Assembly (NCBI RefSeq): GCF_006345805.1
Contig: NC_042998.1
Span: 151,342,001 to 151,406,000, forward strand
Length of the DNA: 64,000 bases
From: Octopus sinensis
Taxonomy: Eukaryota
Reading direction: 5' to 3'
Part shown: positions 1 to 14,031 of the stretch, piece by piece
Layout of the letters: each line of letters opens with the position of its first letter
Position numbering within the stretch: position 1 is the first letter of the stretch
Made by a program: the position numbers and the translations under genes
The notes under the pieces: generated by a model
Databases searched by the model: none
The model's input: only the letters and a program-made list of their open reading frames with translations
What the model was told of the DNA's origin: nothing

Positions 1-298
1 AATGACAATGGTGACAGTGGTAGAAGCAGTAGTTGAGGTGAACATGGTGGTAGTGGTGGTGGTGGCGAAACTGTCAGCTGATGTGATTATATCGGTAAAT
101 ATAAACGTGTAGCAGAAATGCACATACACAAAGAAATAGACATTCAAACATGTACGTTAGTGTATGTGTGTGAGTGTGTGTAAATACATACACAGCACAC
201 ACATACATATATATAACTACATATATACATATATACCCACATATGTGTATATACATACATACATACCTACACGCACACACACACACACACACACTTAC

Positions 299-339
<41 letters not shown>

Positions 340-345
340 AAACAG

Positions 346-520
346 GAAAAAGCAACAAAAGTCAATTAGACGTGTACAGTGACGCTCGGTGGAAGTTTTA
401 GATGGAAAACTAGGAGTGGAAGTGACGTTTCGAGCTTGGCTTTTCGTCGGACAGAGGAAACAATCCAGAGAAGAGGAAAAAGAGGAACGAGCAGTTAGTC
501 TAGAGAAAAGCACATGTATT
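346..520 (-). mobile_element. Penelope-like terminal (pLTR-type) repeat fragment carrying a hammerhead fold
   Basis: Shares ACGCTC...ACGTTTCGAGC...TTCGTCGGA blocks with 2270-2420 and, in reverse, 48425-48560; sits next to a (CA/TA)n tract. Confidence 0.6.
421..453 (-). ncRNA. Minimal type I hammerhead ribozyme fold (core CCGACGA, GUC site)
   Basis: Minus strand: tgt CCGACGA a aagc-caa-gctc GAAA cg TC act. Short stem I and one stem II mismatch. Confidence 0.5.
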
Positions 521-1381
521 GTTACGTGTGTGTATGTGTGTGCAGGATATATGCAGTAAAAATCGAAGTAGGACTTGGAAACGATCAACGGAAGAGAACA
601 ATTAAATATAGAGCACCGCTGATTACAAACTGAGCGCTAGGCATTTAATGACTTTGGTGACACAATAATTAAGAGAAAAAGACAAGGATTTAAGAGCATC
701 GAACTGGAATAACGTTCGTAAAAGAAAAGACAGAATAATGCTAGGAATTCTGAGAATCGCAAAACTAACAGTAGCAGTAGCAGCAAAAGACATGAAGAAA
801 GAATAAGCTAAATATTCAGGAAAGTCAGAAAGGAAGATCAAGAGAGTTGGCTAAGAAATAGTATCAGTGAAAAGAAAGACAAAGATAGAGAGAGTGAGAG
901 AAATGGACAGAGAGAAAGAGAGACAGAAGAAGAGGGAGGGAATAAAAGTGAAAATGGAAGGAGACAGAGAAAGGATTAGGTACATATACAGGCAAAAGCA
1001 AAAACAAAATCATTAAAACAAAAAGAACAAAAGTAAAAGAGACAGTATTACTAGGTTGACGCTGAAAGCTGAATGGAAAAACTAAAAGGTATTACGATTC
1101 GGACATAGATCTTCTTCGGATACAAGACAAAAGTCCAAGGAAATTTGGGAAGGAAAGGAAGAGGAAAAAGGATATATTAAAATCAATGGAGCTATAAAAG
1201 TTACGCATGTGGGGTTGATGCACATGTTCGACGTTTGACAACGACGGAATTGCGAGAAGATAATTGTGATTTTGATGACAAGAAAGTGTGACTGTTAATG
1301 CGTGTGTATGTTTCTGTGTACATATTTATACTTCTACACACACACTCTTACACATCCACACACATACACACACACAAATGT

Positions 1382-1637
1382 GATCATCGTGACCGACCAG
1401 GCTATCAGATGTTGCTACATATCGCTGATCACAATGCGCTTCGCATCGTTTTAGCCTTCAAATGAGGCCACCCCGCTGGCTAAGCGAGCAGGCTAACAGA
1501 AGAAAGACTTAGAGAAAATTGTGGCGAAAGAGTACAGTAGAGACCGGCACCACCCTCTGCCGGAGTCTCGTGAAGCTTTTAGGTGTTTTCGCTCAATAAA
1601 CACTTACAACGCCCGGTTTGGGAATCGAAGCTGCGAC
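1382..1637 (-). mobile_element. tRNA-derived SINE, family C (head truncated)
   Basis: Reverse complement matches the TCGATTCCCA-ACCGGGCGTTGT-AG-T-TTTATTGAGCGAAAACACCTAAA core also seen at 54371 and 63393. Confidence 0.75.
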
Positions 1638-1689
1638 ACACGTCTCATGCTCAAATCTTCAGTGATAATGAACTGAACTGAACCTAACT

Positions 1690-2126
1690 AATCTGCACAT
1701 CCTCTGATAACTCACGGATGATGATTTGACGGGTTTTCCCTCACAGCTGCATGCACATCTGTAATGTTTTTCTCAGTTCTACTGGTTGCGGGTCCAGAAC
1801 GTTCGTCATAATCGACATTTTTTCGGCCATCTTGGAACCGTCTGAACCACTCATACACTCGTGTGTGGCTCCATACACTTTCTGCAACTTTGTGTAGGCC
1901 TCTGAGCAGGTACCTCCATAACTTTTTGTCATTGTCAATGTGACGATCACACGCGACACACCTTCCTTCGAAGCACTGCTGTAAACAGCAGAAATGAGTT
2001 GGAACGTTGAAACTTATTGCGCGTGCACAGCAGAGTTCAAGGTCAATGTGTGTCAAGCGGCTTCACTCTGCATGCTTTAGCCTTGTTACTGTGACAACAG
2101 TCCGGATACTTAATGATCAGACCATG
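1690..2126 (-). mobile_element. Truncated mariner (irritans-like), 5' TIR plus HTH region
   Basis: TIR CATGGTCTGATCATTAAGTATCCGGAC next to TA at 2127-2128; frameshifted peptide EAYTKLQKVY..VYEWFRRFQDGRKNVDYDERSG. Confidence 0.85.
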
Positions 2127-2144
2127 TATAATAGTTATACCTAC

Positions 2145-2213
<69 letters not shown>

Positions 2214-2269
2214 AAGTTAATCCAAACAAGAAAGCACAAAAAAACACAACAACGCGAGGACGTGGAACA

Positions 2270-2420
2270 AATATATTATTATTGAACGCTCAGGAAAGAT
2301 GGAAAGAAGGAGGGTTTAACGTTTCGAGCGGAGCTCTTCGTCGGAAACATAGGAGAAGGAAAGATCCAGAGAAGGGAAGACAGAGGAAAAAAATCGCCAA
2401 CGGTACACACGCGGTCACAT
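2270..2420 (-). mobile_element. Penelope-like terminal repeat fragment with hammerhead fold
   Basis: Homologous to 346-520 and 48425-48560; flanked by (TA)n. Confidence 0.6.
2314..2348 (-). ncRNA. Minimal type I hammerhead ribozyme fold (core CCGACGA, GUU site)
   Basis: Minus strand: gttt CCGACGA a gagc-tcc-gctc GAAA cg TT aaac. Stems I and II perfect; stem III is the palindrome ACGT. Confidence 0.6.
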
Positions 2421-2448
2421 TTTGAATATATATAATATATAATATATA

Positions 2449-2508
<60 letters not shown>

Positions 2509-2589
2509 ATATATAGAGAGAGGTGGAGAGAGAGAGAGAGCGAGACAGAGAGACAGACAGACAGGCAGAGGCAGACAGAGAAACAAAGT

Positions 2590-2645
2590 TAGATAGATAG
2601 ATAGACAGATAGATAGATAGATAGATAGATAGATAGGTAGGTAGG

Positions 2646-2720
<75 letters not shown>
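2590..2720. repeat. (GATA)n microsatellite; similar tracts at 6815-6930, 28365-28490, 33805-33900, 47370-47460
   Basis: Directly visible tandem repeat. Confidence 0.95.
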
Positions 2721-5700
2721 GCAAAGAAATAAATGTGTGGATGTGTATGTATAAATGTAGATCGATTACAAAGTTGATAGACAGACAGGTAAATTAGACG
2801 GGCCATAAATTAAGGGGTAACATGATTGATTAATTGATTTCCCTTTAATTAGATAATTCAGGCAAACCTCATCGGAAGTTGTGTTTTTCTCTGATAGTGA
2901 AGTTCGCTAGAATTCGCTTCCTTGACAATATTCCAAGATTACTGAACTAATCAATTCTTTCAGATTGGCTGGCAATTTTTACCTTGTAGCTTTTTAGGAA
3001 AGAATTTTGAAAAATGTAAGAAAAGACCCACCATCACCAATGATTACACGCACGCATGCACACACATGTGTGTGTGTGTGTGTGTGTGTATTAATACATA
3101 CATATCTACAAACATACATGCAAATATAGACGCTTACATATATACGTATATGCATGCGTACTTATATTCAGATATTCATATCTCATATAAAACGCACACG
3201 TACGCATGCGCATATATATGCATTACATATAAGGAGTATTAGCAATATCTGGCTATTGATGAAGCTATCACGTCAGTGGCGTGAATAAAGAGAGAGGAAT
3301 CAAAAACATGGCATCGAAGATTTTCTTTTGACATCAATGCAATATCCAACGAATTTTCCGTACATTTACTGGGACTATGTTTTTTGGATACCTGACGGCT
3401 GAGGAAATCTGCTTCGATGCATGTTAAAACTCATCATGTAATAAGTTCCACAAGAATAATATCAATGATCATTATTTCAGATAAAAATACTGAAGAAAGA
3501 GGTTTAAAATGTTTTCAGGCATATTTTGAGTATCGTTTAGATTTACTCAGACGATGCTACTGAACATCAACACCAATAATAAGTACACTGAACAAATTCT
3601 CAAAAGCGGGGTGGGGAGTAAATACGCGAGGGATCATTTACTTGAAGATAATGTACGCGAGTTCAGAGACAGCGATGACTGTACAGAAACGAAAGGTCTG
3701 GATTAGAAATATTCTGTGGAGCAACAAACGCTTATGCCTGTATGTTTTCTGAAAGCTTAAAAATGATTCCAGTATGGACAGGAAGTGTAATGTTTTATAT
3801 ATATATATTTTTTTTTACAATTTGTCCGTTATATCACAGCCCATTAAAAAGAGATATCTACAAAAGCCCTTAAATCCCAAGATATAAATGAAAATGTCAA
3901 CTATATAATAATATCAGGAAGTAACCATTCCGAACATTTTCGGACGAACAATCCTAGAACTGATATTAACAACCTCCCAAAGGGAATCAATTCTGTATTC
4001 TGACAAAAAATTATGTTTTGGTTAAAATATCAAAACGTTGAAAGCAAGTTCTAGTGTTGACAGGATTAACTGACTCGCGTGATCTCGAGATCTTGACATA
4101 ATGTCACACAGTATGGTTCTGAAATTCAAGAACAAGACAGAAATAAAATACCTTTTGCACAAAATGAATCTGTGAATCCCTTAAAACCTTTAAACAGGTC
4201 TGATAATATTGGTTATGTAACAATACGACTATGCAACATAATATCGAGTGTGCACCCCAATAGCAATTATGTAACACAACATCGACTGCGTACCTTAACA
4301 TACTTTATGCAATATTATATCGATTATGTAACATAACACCGTTAATGTAACATAATATTGACTATGTAACACACACCAATTATGTAACAAGAATAGAGTG
4401 TGTAACATAGGTTTGCTTAATATAGATATGTTGCAGCATACAGGTTATGCTGTATAATATTAATTCAGTTACACATCTGGGGAAGATTTAATAGATGTAA
4501 GAAGTAGCTTCCCTCAAAATCTTACCAAAATAATTATGTTCTAATATGGGGTGACGCTGTTACTGTTAAAATGAGATCTGAAAGAACGACTGACCAAGCA
4601 CAAATGCAAAATATATTTCTCTTTAATATTTGTGCCAAAAGGTTCACTTGTTAAATACATTCATACGTTCCAACATAAGAAATATTGGTGGAATATTTCC
4701 ATCAAGTCTACCACTAAATGACGGCAAAAGTGTCATAAAATAGAAATTATGGCCTGTTGAGGTGAAGTGATCAGTAAATGTGAATATTTCATTTAAAATC
4801 AATGGAAAATCATTTACAGAGAAATACTTTAAGCCTCCCAACAGCCTGATTGTATCTAATATTTATACTAATTTCCTCCTAGTAACATAACTAGGTTACT
4901 TGGTGTATATTAGTCTCGAAACTCTGGGGTTTTCATACAAAGACAGAAATCGTCTAACTTTAATCTGGAAGAGTAATTGTCAAAGCATGCAAAATGTTTC
5001 GAAAATGCAGCATAGAACGCTTTTAATGTTGTCATATAATGTCCAGTAATAGAATTTGTGTTAGAAACATACACTCTTCCTCAAAAGAAATAGCAAAAGA
5101 ATATTTTTTTTATAAAAGAAAAGATCCGCACAAAAGCAAATTTATACACACAAACACCACCCACTCACAGTAACTAATTTAGACATCTACTTTTAATGTA
5201 TTGGCGCTGGCATTCCAGACCCCTTAATTATAACTATATTTTATGATTATACACGTAAAAATTAATGTTACCAATACGGTCACTTTTTATATGCTAGCCA
5301 TTGATATGACCATTTTAATGATTGTATACTCAGTTCATAAGTATAAATAATTTTTTAGTTCTTTAGTCATTACATTATACTGCGGGACTGTATTTACCCC
5401 GTATGATTTCTGATATTAACCACATGGTCGAGATGGGCTAGTAGATAGAATGCATACGCGGGAAATGCATGTATATATTGGTATCTACGAATAGATTTAC
5501 CGGTATGTATATGTATTTTTGTTTATAATTTTATCTCTGTATTTCTACTGAGGATTGCAAAGCAATTTCTATTGCAGAGCATGAAATCTTAGGATATAGG
5601 ATTATCCGAAATTTTGTAAAACTTCTTATCCATTACCTCGCTTCCGACCTAGGGTTATAAATAGAGAACTAATTTAGAGTGGATTGTAGGTATTTGACAT

Positions 5701-5930
5701 CTATTTTAGCGTATAGGCGCTGGCATTCCAGAGCCGTTAATTATAATTATATATTTTATATATATATGATATTAGGGAATATGATTCCAAGCTTCAGGGA
5801 AAAATTCAATTTTGTAATACGAAATCAAATTTCACAATATATAATACATGTATATAAATTAGAGAAGAACCCCCATGAAGCAATTCAACAATATACTCAA
5901 ATCATACCAAATAGAAAAAAATTAAAGATA

Positions 5931-6355
5931 TACTCTTTTACTCTTTTACTTGTTTCAGTCATTTGACTGCGGCCATGCCGGAGCACCGCCTTTTAGTCGA
6001 GCAAATCGACCCTGGGACTTATTCTTTGTAAGCCCAGTACTTATTCTATCGGTCTCGTTTGCCGAACCGCTAAGTGACGGGGACGTAAACACACCAGCAT
6101 CGGTTGTCAAGCAATGCTAGGGGGACAAACACAGACACACAAACACATACACACACACTTATATATATATATATATATATATACATATATACGACAGGCT
6201 TCTTTCAGTTTCCGTCTACCAAATCCACTCACAAGGCATTGGTCAGCCCGGGGCTATAGCAGAAGACACTTGCCCAAAATGCCACGCAGTGGGACTGAAC
6301 CCGGAACCATGTGGTTGGTTAGCAAGCTACTTACCACACAGCCATTCCTGCGCCT
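5931..6355 (-). mobile_element. SINE family A, full length
   Basis: Reverse complement of the GGCGCAGGA-TGGCTGTGTGGTAAG...GGTTCAGTCCC (A/B-box-like) head, internal microsatellite and ACTGAAACAAGTAAAAGA tail; about 12 copies in the window. Confidence 0.9.
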
Positions 6356-6814
6356 ATGATAAAACATTTACCTAAAACTAAATAAATTACTAAATAATAA
6401 ATAAATAGTATATAATTGGTAAATAGACTACACGTGTTCATGACTATATAAAATATCCCGGAAACAGCTGTAAGACCTTCTGAAAACTATTCGCAGTCTT
6501 GCGCGTGTGTGTTTATGTGTTTCTACGCATTCACATATATACACACAGACACATAGACGTAGATATATACATATAATAGACTTTCTAAAGTGGTTGACGT
6601 TAGGAAGGGCATTCAACTATAGGGACCAGTGCAACATTAGAAGTATGGGCAAAACTTGTTTCTTGGTCCTATCAAGTGGAAGGGAAGTAACCCTGATTAA
6701 GAACAGAATTGGACCATTCACCACATTCACTACATTGCCGTGGAAGTCAGGCGTGAAATTGTGTGTGAACGCAGTATGTATATATATAAATAAATAAATA
6801 TATATATAAATCTA

Positions 6815-7399
<585 letters not shown>

Positions 7400-7645
7400 C
7401 AATATATATATATATATATATATATTGAGTTATAAAGAGAGAGAGGGTGGGAGAAAGAAAGAAAGAAGGGAAGATAGCTAGATGTACATAATATACATAC
7501 CCATATATGCATAAGTATATACATATATGTATATACATGCTTACACACATACACACATATACATATATATGTATATAATATATATATATATAAATATATA
7601 TATATAATATATATATATATTATATACATATATATATATGTATAT

Positions 7646-7715
<70 letters not shown>

Positions 7716-8840
7716 TGTTTCGCCGCGCACAAACCCAAGGCCTTCAGATGCCACCACAGGCCCTCACTCCACGGGAACAGCCCGCTTGCGACGGCGACGG
7801 CACTCAGTAAACCGGAAAATCCACTACAGGAAGGGGGGAAGGCAGCGAACGCGGCCAGGAACCAACAACAACAAAAGAAAAAGACAGAGCGGAATTGCGT
7901 AATTCAAACAATTTTTTTTAACAAAAGCATTCCACAACAAAGATTAACAAATCATGTAACATTTGACACAATACAGAGTTCGATTTTTCAAAACAAATCA
8001 TTTACATTGAAACATTACAGAGTTCGCTTTTTTTTCTTCTTTTAACACAATTAACAGTCTCTTAAAGTTCCACTTTTCTCTTCTTTCTTTTCTTTTCTCT
8101 CTCTTCTTCTAACGCAGAGAGTTCGTTCTCAAAGATCCCTTTTCTTTTCTTTTCAACAGTCTTTCTGGTTTTTTTAAACATTTACAAGTTCTTTTTGCTT
8201 CCTTTTCTTTACAACAGAGTCTTTTCTTTTTCATTTAAACAACGCAATGTTTCTCTTTTTTTTTACATTTAAACATCAGAATTCAAAACACAAATAAAAT
8301 CATTACCGGCACGTTCCGCGTCTGCAACATTCCCCTAATTCCATGTCTCCCACTACAGTTGCCCAGCTTCTTCATGTATCTCTATCTGCCCCTGTCAGTC
8401 TGTGAATGTCATCTTCCTGACTACCTCTTGTCCTGTCATCTCTCTAACTGACTGTCTGTCTCTCTCAGATCACGTCCGCCCTTGACCGGTCTCCGCTCAC
8501 ACTGACCACCTGTCTCTCTCTCACTGACCTCTTGTCCGGTCATCCGCTGACTGACTCATCTCCAACTACGCCCGTCTGTCTCTCACCGTCATCATCTCTA
8601 ATTGAACGTCCCAGCAGTTCAGCCCATCCGTATATATAACGTCGTCCGCTAGAGAGAGAGACGTAACCTACGACAACAGTGTGTATTTCCCTTGTCTTCT
8701 TTAAACTTTCTGTGACCGTATGGTCCAGAGTTCATGTACCTACGGTCATTAATAACCATGCTCCTTGACAGGACAAAGGAAGTACCACTGTCCTGAACAA
8801 CTGGAGCGCCGGTTCGATTCCAACTAATGGAACAAGGGGC
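7716..8840 (-). mobile_element. Possible non-autonomous LTR-element remnant (LTR-like 7716-8329, PPT 8330-8336, non-coding internal part)
   Basis: 7716-8329 is bounded by TGTT...AACA; minus-strand AGGGGAA directly precedes TGTTGCA; no ORF and no second LTR or TSD found. Confidence 0.35.
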
Positions 8841-9780
8841 ATAATGTTTTTTTGCTCGTTTACATTTTCCTGCATCCGTAACAATATATATATGAAGACA
8901 GAGAATGTGTGAGAGAGAGAGTGTGTGTGTGGAAAATGAGATTAGAGAGAAAAAGGAAGAGAAAGTATTTCACTTTCCTAAAATGAAAGTCCATGAAACA
9001 ATAAGGCCTTGACTTTTGCCTTAATTTTATGATAATTCTTTCTAACACAATCATTTACCAGTTTCCTTCATATCGATTATATTGTAGGACATATAATATC
9101 AGGCTTCTGGGAGCCGCTAAACTATAGCTGCTGTCTTTCTATTGGCCAGTCTTTCTCTGCTAGTTCTCAATATAGCGACTCTTACGGAATGCAGATATCT
9201 TCCATTCGACTAATATGTCCTCTGTAGACTTAGAATGTCTTCAGAATCAAGAAATGCTGAAGAAGAAACCGATATTATATCGACATTTATGGCTTGTTGC
9301 AGTAACAGGAAAATTTTAAAGAAAATAAAGAAAAAAAAAATATCGTTAATATTTTTATTGGGCGACTAAATTCATCGATTTTAGAGATATAGCTGTTATT
9401 TCTAGCACATGCAGAAGACAGAAGACAGAACAGAGAAGGATGAATAAGACGTGTGTGTGTGTGTGTGAGTCTTTAGACGCAGCAAATGATTTCAACTCAA
9501 ATGCTGGGATTTCATTGGTTAAAATTCGAAGAATTAAACTACATTAAACTTACGAATTACAATTTTGTTTTCAATTTTGTCTACAATAATGTTTTCTTTT
9601 GACACATTCTACCAGTATACGAAGTTTCAAATTGTTTAGTTAACTAGAAAATTCCGTCCATCAAAAAGAAAAGATCCCATTCTTGAAATCGCTATTCTAG
9701 AACAGAAAAACTGGGTGGGAAAATCAATCCAATTCCTCCTTCAATTGGATGAAACAACAAGAGAAAAGACACCCACCACT

Positions 9781-9930
9781 ATAGAACTGTCAGATGGCTA
9801 AAAACTCTATGTAGTGGTAGAGGGCAGGCGACCACGTTGCTATTTGTGCGGAAGCGAAACACATTTGAAAAAGAAGTGTCCAACCACTGCACAACAAGAG
9901 CAACAACAACAACCACTACCACAACCGAAA
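9781..9930 (+). pseudogene. LINE ORF1 remnant with CCHC zinc knuckle
   Basis: Manual translation VVVEGRRPRCYLCGSETHLKKKCP; CX2CX4HX4C at 9838-9879; in-frame TAA at 9799. Not in the ORF track. Confidence 0.85.
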
Positions 9931-10749
9931 CACTCCGAGAAAAAAGCACTATAACCCACATCACCATCAACACAGAAGACGACAAGAGAGGCACACCAAG
10001 CTAATCCATCAACAATCAAAAATAATACAACACCTGAGAAAATACCAACAACAGCAAGAACTAAAGGAGCAGAAAAACAAACAAATATGCAAAAACTGAT
10101 TCCCCATCCCCTATACCGCACTCACCATACACAAACACTCAACAACCAACAGCAACGAAAACAACAACGCAACCACTTACACAGACATACATAGAAGCCT
10201 ACAACATACTCCTACCCCCTTCTGATTCCTCAGAAAATTCGTCGGAAGACGAAACCAGCGAGGAACGGCAAATAGCTAGAAACGGAAGGAAAAAAGAGCA
10301 GAAACACAACCAAACCAAATGTAAACACAAACAAAGCAGGGGGAAATACATCTCCCGAAAACATTTCGAAACCCACCACAAACAACAGCCACACCAACAC
10401 CACAAAAATATATAGAGCAAACATGCTCACAGCTATAGACACCAAAAACACAAATTTGATGGAATACATCAAATCAAAAACAAACATAACAGATGATGAC
10501 ATAAAAACAAACAATCACCCATACACAACACCACCGGATCACATCAAAATACTACATATCTCCGGAAGTCTGCACCACACACTAAAACGCATTCCCCGCC
10601 CCCCGTGCGGTTGGTAAATGCCAAACATACCTCACGAAGAAACTTTATTGGGATCTCCTCGAGGACAAACCAAAGGAGGAGAAAGCAAAAACTTTCGAGC
10701 AGTAAGTAACCCCCTGTTCCTTTCGCTTGTATTTTAATTCACTGGGATT

Positions 10750-13700
10750 ATGATCAAGATTGGTTGTGTAAATGCGCGTGGCTTGGGGTCCCCTTGGAAA
10801 CAAGGGTACCTCTTAAATGACATAAAGTCACACAAGTTAGAAATCATAGCCATAAGTGAGATCAGACTCCACAATCCGCGGGCCCTAAAGACCATGTTTG
10901 GCGGACAGTTCAACATTTATTTTCCCCCTATCTGCCAAGAATGGGCGGTAGTGCCACCGCGGTACTTTTTCGCAAGAGTCTGGATCTCAAAGTAAAGACA
11001 ATATTCGTAGACCCGGAGGGTAGACTGGTCGTTCTGGATGTCGATGGCAGCAATGGGTGCGCTTTTCGACACGTATCAGTCTACGCACCGCCTTTAACAG
11101 GTCGGGCGGATTTCTTTCAGCGTCTAGAAGTATTCTTGGGAACGTCTCGTCCTTTACTTTCATGTGGGGGATTGGAATGCTACCTTGGACACGCATGTAA
11201 ACTACGTGGGCAGAGATAGGAAAAGACGGGGATGCAAATTCCTCAGAGATCTGCTCAGACGCTTTCAACTGTCTGACAGGTACCGACTAGAGCACCCGAA
11301 TGCGCCAACGTGGACATGGAACAACCGCATCGGGTCGTCGTGATCGTATCTAGATAGGATACTGTGTAGGACAGTAGATAGAGATAGCGTAGGATATCCA
11401 CAATTCCATATAGTCAGCTACACGGTTCACAAACTTGTGACATGTACGCTAGACTTAGGTAAGACACATAGACAGGGTCCCGGATACTGGAAACTAAACG
11501 CGTCTTTCCCATCGAGACAGGTTTTCAGAGACCGGATTAGCACACTAGTAAAGAGGGCTTTGAAGAGAGCTATCATCAACAACAAATGGTGGTTTGCCCT
11601 CAAGAGAGCAGTAAAAGCAGAAGCCATTAGGTACAGCAAAGCACTAGCCATAGATAGAAACAGAGTAGAGGGTGAGCTAGTTAAGAAGCTAGAAGAGGCA
11701 ATTAGAAGCGGCATCGCATCCGACGTTTTGGCGGCGAGGCTGGCCCTCGACCAACACTTCAACGCCAAACACGAAGGATGTGTTGTCATAGCTAGGATGC
11801 GTGCTGTAATAAACGAAGGTGTTGGAGCCGCGTGAGAGACCCGGGTGGCAGAGGCGCAACAGGGCAACAAAGCCACCATTCGGTCTCTGGTAGATGAACA
11901 GGGGCGCGAATTGCTCGAGCCAAGTAAAATGTGTGAGGCCTTTCAACAGCATTTTGCCCGGCTGTTCGGGACGAGTGGCGGGCAAGAACGTAGGGTGGAC
12001 TTCAGTGCCTACCTATACAGCCTACCACGACTCTCGACAAGAGAGGCAGGGTGCTGCGAAGGTGTCATCACGGCGGCGGAATACTCGAGAGACAAATCGC
12101 CAGGTTTGGATGGTCTACCCTACGAGCTTTACAGTTGCATGCCAGACTTGTTTGCAGACGTCTTGGCAGCGGTGTACTGCAACTGGCAGCAAAACGGGAG
12201 CATTCCTGGTTTTGTGAGCCGAGGAGCCGTAACACTGCTGAAGGAAGATCTAAACAAGGGGGCGTAATAGATAACTTTAGGCCCATCACTCTGCTTAATG
12301 CAGACTTGAAAATTTTGGCCAAGATGTTAGCCAAGAGGTTGGCGCTTGTCATCGAGAAGCTGGTCGACAAGGAGCATCCATGACAACCTCCACCTGATGC
12401 GCTACATGGAACCTGGCATGGGTGGGGCGCTGATCAATTTGGATCAATCGAAAGCTTTCGATAGGGTAGACCATCGATACTTGGAGGCTGTCCTCAGAGC
12501 GGCTGGTTTCGGTCCCGTCTTCCGCGGCTGGATAGCTGCTTTGTACAGAGGTATCCGCTCGGTAATTCGCGTAAATGGACATCTATCGAGACCTTTCGAC
12601 ATTGCACGTACGGTCCGTCAGGGATGCCCCCTCTCGTCGCTTCTATACGTATTGACTCCCGAGCCATTATTGCGGAAGCTGGCAACTCTGAGAGGCATCC
12701 CGCGAGAATTGGGATGCAGGACGAGCGTATCTGCATACGCAGACGACGTCACCGTCGGCGGGACACTGAAAGACTACAAAGCAGTGACAGGAGCGAAAAA
12801 TCAACCGGGAAAAATCAGTGGGCTTGCGGCTCGGCACCTGGAGAAGCAAGCCCATGCCGTCCACCAGCGCCTCCGTCGTGGGACGCTGGACCGACGGTCC
12901 GGTCGAGTTGCTCGGGGTCTGGTTTGGTCCGGACCTTCAAATGGAGAAAAACTGGAACGAGATAACGTGTAGGGTTGTCACTCACGCCCGGCAATGGGCC
13001 GATAGGAAACTGTCCCTAAAAGGTCGGGCGGAGGTGGCGAACTCGTACATCGCGTCGTCATCTACCACCGTCTGACCGTCGTGCCTTGTCCCGACTCTAC
13101 CATCATCAAACTAGAACGCATTCCCTTTCGCTTCTTATGGAAAGGATGCATCCCGATGGTCAGGCGATCCATTTGCTGTCAACACCCGTTAAAAGGAGGA
13201 CTGGGCATGCTGTGGTTGATGATGCGCTGAGACTGCGACATCTCAGGCTCTACATAGACGACGGTGAACAGGTGTGATCGCCGTTTGTGAGACACGCTTT
13301 CCCGCAACTCGTCTTCATGACCGATCTACAGTCGTGGATCAAAAAGAGGCCGAGGAAGGGCGAATGGCACCGCGAGTGTCGCGTTGCTCTCAAGCAACTA
13401 TGCCGTCCCAGGTCGACCTTGAGTGACTTCAACACAATCAAAGCGTTCTATAGGAGATTAGTGGAGGGGAGACACGACAACGAGCTCGGGGCGAACCTGG
13501 ACGTCGACGAGGAATACCTGACCCGCCTGTTTAGGACGACTTTCGGGCCGGTACCTATGGACAACTTCCAGAGATCCCTGGCCTGGCAGTGCTACCGAGA
13601 AGCGCTACCCGTTCGGGATAAGCTCTACAGACACAGCTCGAGAAGCACGGGGCCAACCTGCCCGAGATGTGGTCAGAGCGATGAAACCGTTCTGCACGCA

Positions 13701-14031
13701 CTCGTGCAGTGTCCAACAATTTCCGACCTGTGAGCTTAAGTCGAACGACTGCTGTCACGTGTGCGACGAGTCGGTTTATCAGCCGAGTCTATCGTCAATA
13801 TTGTCACGACTCCTTCCTTCATACTTGTGGCTATGACGAAAGAATGTATCTGGTGGACGCGTCTGAAAGGATTGGAGACAAGCACTTTCCTCTCTGGTCA
13901 ATCTCTCATCAACTTCTTCAAGTATCACTTGAAAAGAAAAGTGAGAGTAGAGAGGCAGGTTTTGTCTAGTGAATGTTTCAAAAAATGGATGGCACGTATG
14001 AATGACGAAGCCACCTTGAGCATAATCTTAT
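10750..14031 (+). pseudogene. LINE ORF2 (endonuclease, reverse transcriptase, CCHC) with many frameshifts and stops
   Basis: ORF fragments 10750, 10941, 11437, 11845, 12051, 12346, 12818, 13287 and 13761 tile one polyprotein. Confidence 0.92.

Noticed and set aside
3480-3705. Possible exon (TMLLNINTNNKYTEQILKSG...)
   Set aside because: Short, unrecognised, and no consistent donor site.
4644-4841. 65-aa minus-strand ORF in unique sequence
   Set aside because: No homology recognised; length expected by chance.
8795-8835. tRNA gene
   Set aside because: Only a T-loop and 3'-end-like segment; the T stem is mismatched and there is no D or anticodon arm.
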